A DNA stretch of 49,507 bases from Thermoproteota archaeon (lineage in GTDB: Archaea > Korarchaeota > JAOZGF01 > JAOZFZ01). Of the stretch, positions 46,913 to 49,507 are shown in pieces. The DNA lies in the NCBI GenBank assembly GCA_027491455.1, contig JAOZFL010000117.1, positions 1 to 49,507 of the forward strand, written 5' to 3'. The position numbers and the translations under genes were made by a program. Numbering within the stretch: the first letter of the stretch is position 1; every line of letters begins with the position of its first letter. Under the pieces are notes generated by a model. That model ran no database searches, was not told the DNA's origin, and saw nothing but the letters and a program-made list of their open reading frames with translations.

Positions 46913-47675
46913 TTCTTTTTAAATAGAGAATTAGGACCAAAGAACTGATCAAGAAGATAGCTAAGGAGAACTGTCTAGCTGTTTCCTCTATTATGTACCA
47001 GTTTGCACCGAGGATCATGCCCAGGTAGACTAGTAAGGCACACCATGGAAAGACACCAATAGTAGTCCAGATGAGAAATCTTTCTTGGTTCATTTTTGTA
47101 ATCCCTGCTGGCAGGGAAATAACGGTCCTTACAACAGGGAGCAACCTGCCTATGAAAACAGCTTTTTCACCATATCTTTCAAACCACTTGTCAGCCATTT
47201 CTATGTGTTCTCTAGTGACCAGCAAATATTTGCCGTATTTTACAAGGAAACTTCTCCCTTTAAGGAAACCAATGCAGTATGAAATAATTGACCCTGCAAT
47301 GTTTCCCAACGACCCTGCAACCACAACTCTTAAGAAATCTAGTCCACCCACGTAGACCAAATACCCAGCGAATGGCATAACTATTTCGCTTGGAACTGGT
47401 AAAAGGCAACTTTCCATTACCATTAAAACAAATACTCCATAGTAACCAGTAGCCTCGATTAAGTTTATCACTACTTTTGCCAGTGAACTAACCAGTTTTG
47501 GTGAAAACAGCTCGGTTTCCCTCAGAAAACAAACAGCCAAAAAAACAATTAACACTATGAAGCCCACCAGTAGAAGAAGAAAAAGTTTTTTGCTGTCGAT
47601 TGCTCGGTTAATCTCAATTAAATCACTGAACTTCTCCATTGATCCAATGGGCTTGGTGCTTCTAAAAACATTCAC
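46887..47675 (-). CDS. DedA/SNARE-associated family membrane protein
   Basis: 262 aa with ...CLLPVPSEIVMPFAGYLV...FIGRLLPVVRTVISLPAG, the DedA core. It overlaps the 3' end of the HDAC-family gene convergently by 26 nt. Confidence 0.8.
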   Translation of the reverse strand: MNVFRSTKPIGSMEKFSDLIEINRAIDSKKLFLLLLVGFIVLIVFLAVCFLRETELFSPKLVSSLAKVVINLIEATGYYGVFVLMVMESCLLPVPSEIVMPFAGYLVYVGGLDFLRVVVAGSLGNIAGSIISYCIGFLKGRSFLVKYGKYLLVTREHIEMADKWFERYGEKAVFIGRLLPVVRTVISLPAGITKMNQERFLIWTTIGVFPWCALLVYLGMILGANWYIIEETARQFSLAIFLISSLVLILYLKRIKGRGLGK

Positions 47676-48139
47676 TACCTTCCACCAAAAAGGAAATATA
47701 TTGTCTCCCTAGACAAGGAGCCTCTATCCCAAATGAACAAATTAATAGTCCCTCTCCTTTAAGGCTGTTATACCTTTTAAAGATTTCATGAAAAACTTAA
47801 ATTTGTGATTGAGGCCATATTCACTCCAAGTAAAAGTTTATGAGGGAAAACACACTGTTATACTTCCAATGGTTACAACATGTCTATTGCTGGTAGCTTC
47901 TCATCGATCTCGATAAAAAAGTAGTGCTAGTACCTTTTCCTTATGGCTTGTTTTTGGATCGCTAACTCATTGTTTAAGAGGCTTTAAGGAATTAAACTTG
48001 GTTGTAGCTCCAAAGCAAGTTTACTTTGAAGCAAACAGCGGATACATACACTGCTTGGATTAGAAAACTGAGTAATAAACACTTGGAAAATACTGGAAAA
48101 GTGGTGAAATGAGTTAAGCATACTTTGTTGTTTTTACTT

Positions 48140-49507
48140 CTAACCGCATACTTCACATATTGTGTACAGCTCTGAGATTCCTTCTTCACCCGTTTTTTCC
48201 AGTTTAACAGTGGTGATAACCTGGGATTTGCGACTTCCATACCTATAAACAGTGACTCCTTTACATCCAAGTTTATATGCCAGCCAATAAGCTTTCTCTA
48301 CATCATTAGGTGTAGCATAAGGAGGGAAATTGATTGTTTTACTGACAGAGTTGTCTACGTATCGTTGAAAAGCAGCCTGTATCCTTATATGTTGCTCAGG
48401 TGGAATGTCAAATGTTGTTTGGAAAAGTCTTCTTACATGCTTAGGTATCTCCTCTACGTTTTGAATTGAAAGTTTGTTTGCAATTTTCTCGATTAATTCC
48501 TCTGAGTAAAAACCTTCTTTTAAAGCTATGGATTCAAAAAGCGGATTTATCTCAATTAGGTTTCTTCCAAGACTTTCAGCTAGGTTTCTGATAAAGCAAA
48601 TCGAGAAAAGCGGTTCTATCCCTGATGAGCATCCCGATATTATACTTATAGTCCCCGTTGGGGCTATGGATGTCACAGTTGCGTTTCTCATGGATTTGTA
48701 TCCCTTTTTCTCCCATATACTTCCCTTAAAGTTTTTGAAGCTCCCCTTTTCAACCCCTAACTCGACAGATTTCCCTCTTGCTTCATCAGATATAAACTTC
48801 ATAACTTTTTCAGCTACTTCCACAGCTTCTACAGAGCTGTAGGGAATACCAAGTTTAATAAGCATATCAGCGAAACCCATCACACCTAACCCTATTTTTC
48901 TATTAGCCTTTGTAGCTTTTTCTATCTCAGGTATGGGGTACCTGTTCGCATCGATAACATTGTCAAGAAACTGAACAGCTAGTCTCACCGTTTTCCTTAG
49001 TTTGTCCCAGTTTATTTCTCCATTTTCAACCATTTTAGATAAGTTTATTGAGCCCAGGTTACATGATTCGAAGGGAAGCAAAGGGACCTCTCCACATGGA
49101 TTTGTGCTTTCAATGGTTCCAACGTGTGGAGTGGGGTTATACCTATTTATTCTATCGATGAAGATGATACCCGGTTCACCGTTCTTCCAAGCCATGGTCA
49201 CAAGTAGATTCCATATCGCCCTGGCTTTTATTTTCTTAACAGGTTTCCTTGTTCTAGGGTTTACAAGTTCAAAGTCCTCGTCTTTTTCCACAGCCCTCAT
49301 GAACTTGGCTGTTAAGGCAACTGAAATGTTGAAATTGCTTAAAACCCCCTCCTTTTCCTTGGCAACAATGAAATCCAATACATCGGGATGATCAACCCTT
49401 AATATACCCATGTTCGCGCCTCTTCTTTTTCCTCCCTGCTTAATTACATCCGTTGCAACATCGAACACCCTCATAAATGAAAGTGGGCCTGAAGCAACTC
49501 CACCAGT
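48140..49507 (-). CDS. nrdJ: Class II (adenosylcobalamin-dependent) ribonucleotide reductase, C-terminal portion (the N-terminus lies beyond the right edge)
   Basis: The frame is open to the window edge ([16 protein letters not shown]...). It has [22 protein letters not shown], the active-site NPCGE motif, and a C-terminal CxxC. No intein-sized insertion is seen in the visible part. Confidence 0.9.
   Translation of the reverse strand, partial: TGGVASGPLSFMRVFDVATDVIKQGGKRRGANMGILRVDHPDVLDFIVAKEKEGVLSNFNISVALTAKFMRAVEKDEDFELVNPRTRKPVKKIKARAIWNLLVTMAWKNGEPGIIFIDRINRYNPTPHVGTIESTNPCGEVPLLPFESCNLGSINLSKMVENGEINWDKLRKTVRLAVQFLDNVIDANRYPIPEIEKATKANRKIGLGVMGFADMLIKLGIPYSSVEAVEVAEKVMKFISDEARGKSVELGVEKGSFKNFKGSIWEKKGYKSMRNATVTSIAPTGTISIISGCSSGIEPLFSICFIRNLAESLGRNLIEINPLFESIALKEGFYSEELIEKIANKLSIQNVEEIPKHVRRLFQTTFDIPPEQHIRIQAAFQRYVDNSVSKTINFPPYATPNDVEKAYWLAYKLGCKGVTVYRYGSRKSQVITTVKLEKTGEEGISELYTICEVCG

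Noticed and set aside
1-49507. CRISPR arrays, transposases/IS elements, integrases, toxin-antitoxin or other defence islands
   Set aside because: No regularly spaced direct repeats and no ORFs with transposase, integrase, Cas or nuclease-ATPase defence signatures were seen. The HD-domain protein at 43587-44798 looks like the housekeeping COG1078 dNTPase type and has no partner genes.

Overview
The window is an archaeal core information-processing region. The coding sequence is AT-rich and the tRNA stems are GC-rich, which fits a thermophile. Reading left to right, the genes are as follows. (1) thyX (partial), a Gfo/Idh/MocA oxidoreductase, a DUF362 protein, an archaeal histone and tRNA-Asp. 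(2) On the minus strand, the classic rpoH-rpoB-rpoA-rpl30e-nusA-rps12-rps7 operon, with rpoA as a single fused A'+A'' gene. (3) A tRNA cluster (Lys, Tyr, Gly), a membrane kinase-like protein, thermosome, rpoK, family-B DNA polymerase and class V FBP aldolase/phosphatase. (4) rpl18e-rpl13-rps9-rpoN, then rps2, a MEMO-family protein, fni, tRNA-Gly and nep1. (5) The rnp4-rps19e-PDCD5-like-rpl39e-rpl31e-aIF6-rplX-pfdA cluster, then ftsY and argF. (6) ftsZ-secE-spt5-rpl11-rpl1-rplP0-rplP1-alaS. (7) A more accessory right end: iorA, a class III aminotransferase, a 0.9 kb AT-rich non-coding gap, an HD phosphohydrolase, a small membrane protein, an HDAC-family deacetylase, DedA and a partial class II ribonucleotide reductase. 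No CRISPR arrays, transposases or recognisable defence islands were seen. The most interesting signal is in RNA processing. All five tRNA genes carry introns (8 in total, several in D-loop or T-loop positions). The rpoN (RNAP subunit N/Rpb10) reading frame is interrupted by a 22-nt insert that folds into a textbook helix-bulge-helix-bulge-helix splicing motif, and removing it restores the conserved IIPVRCFTCGK N-terminus exactly. This points to a tRNA-endonuclease-spliced intron in a protein-coding mRNA. FtsZ, a histone, unsplit rpoB, fused rpoA and multi-intron tRNAs together suggest a TACK-type (Kor-, Bathy- or Thaum-like) lineage, but the taxon cannot be resolved from this window.
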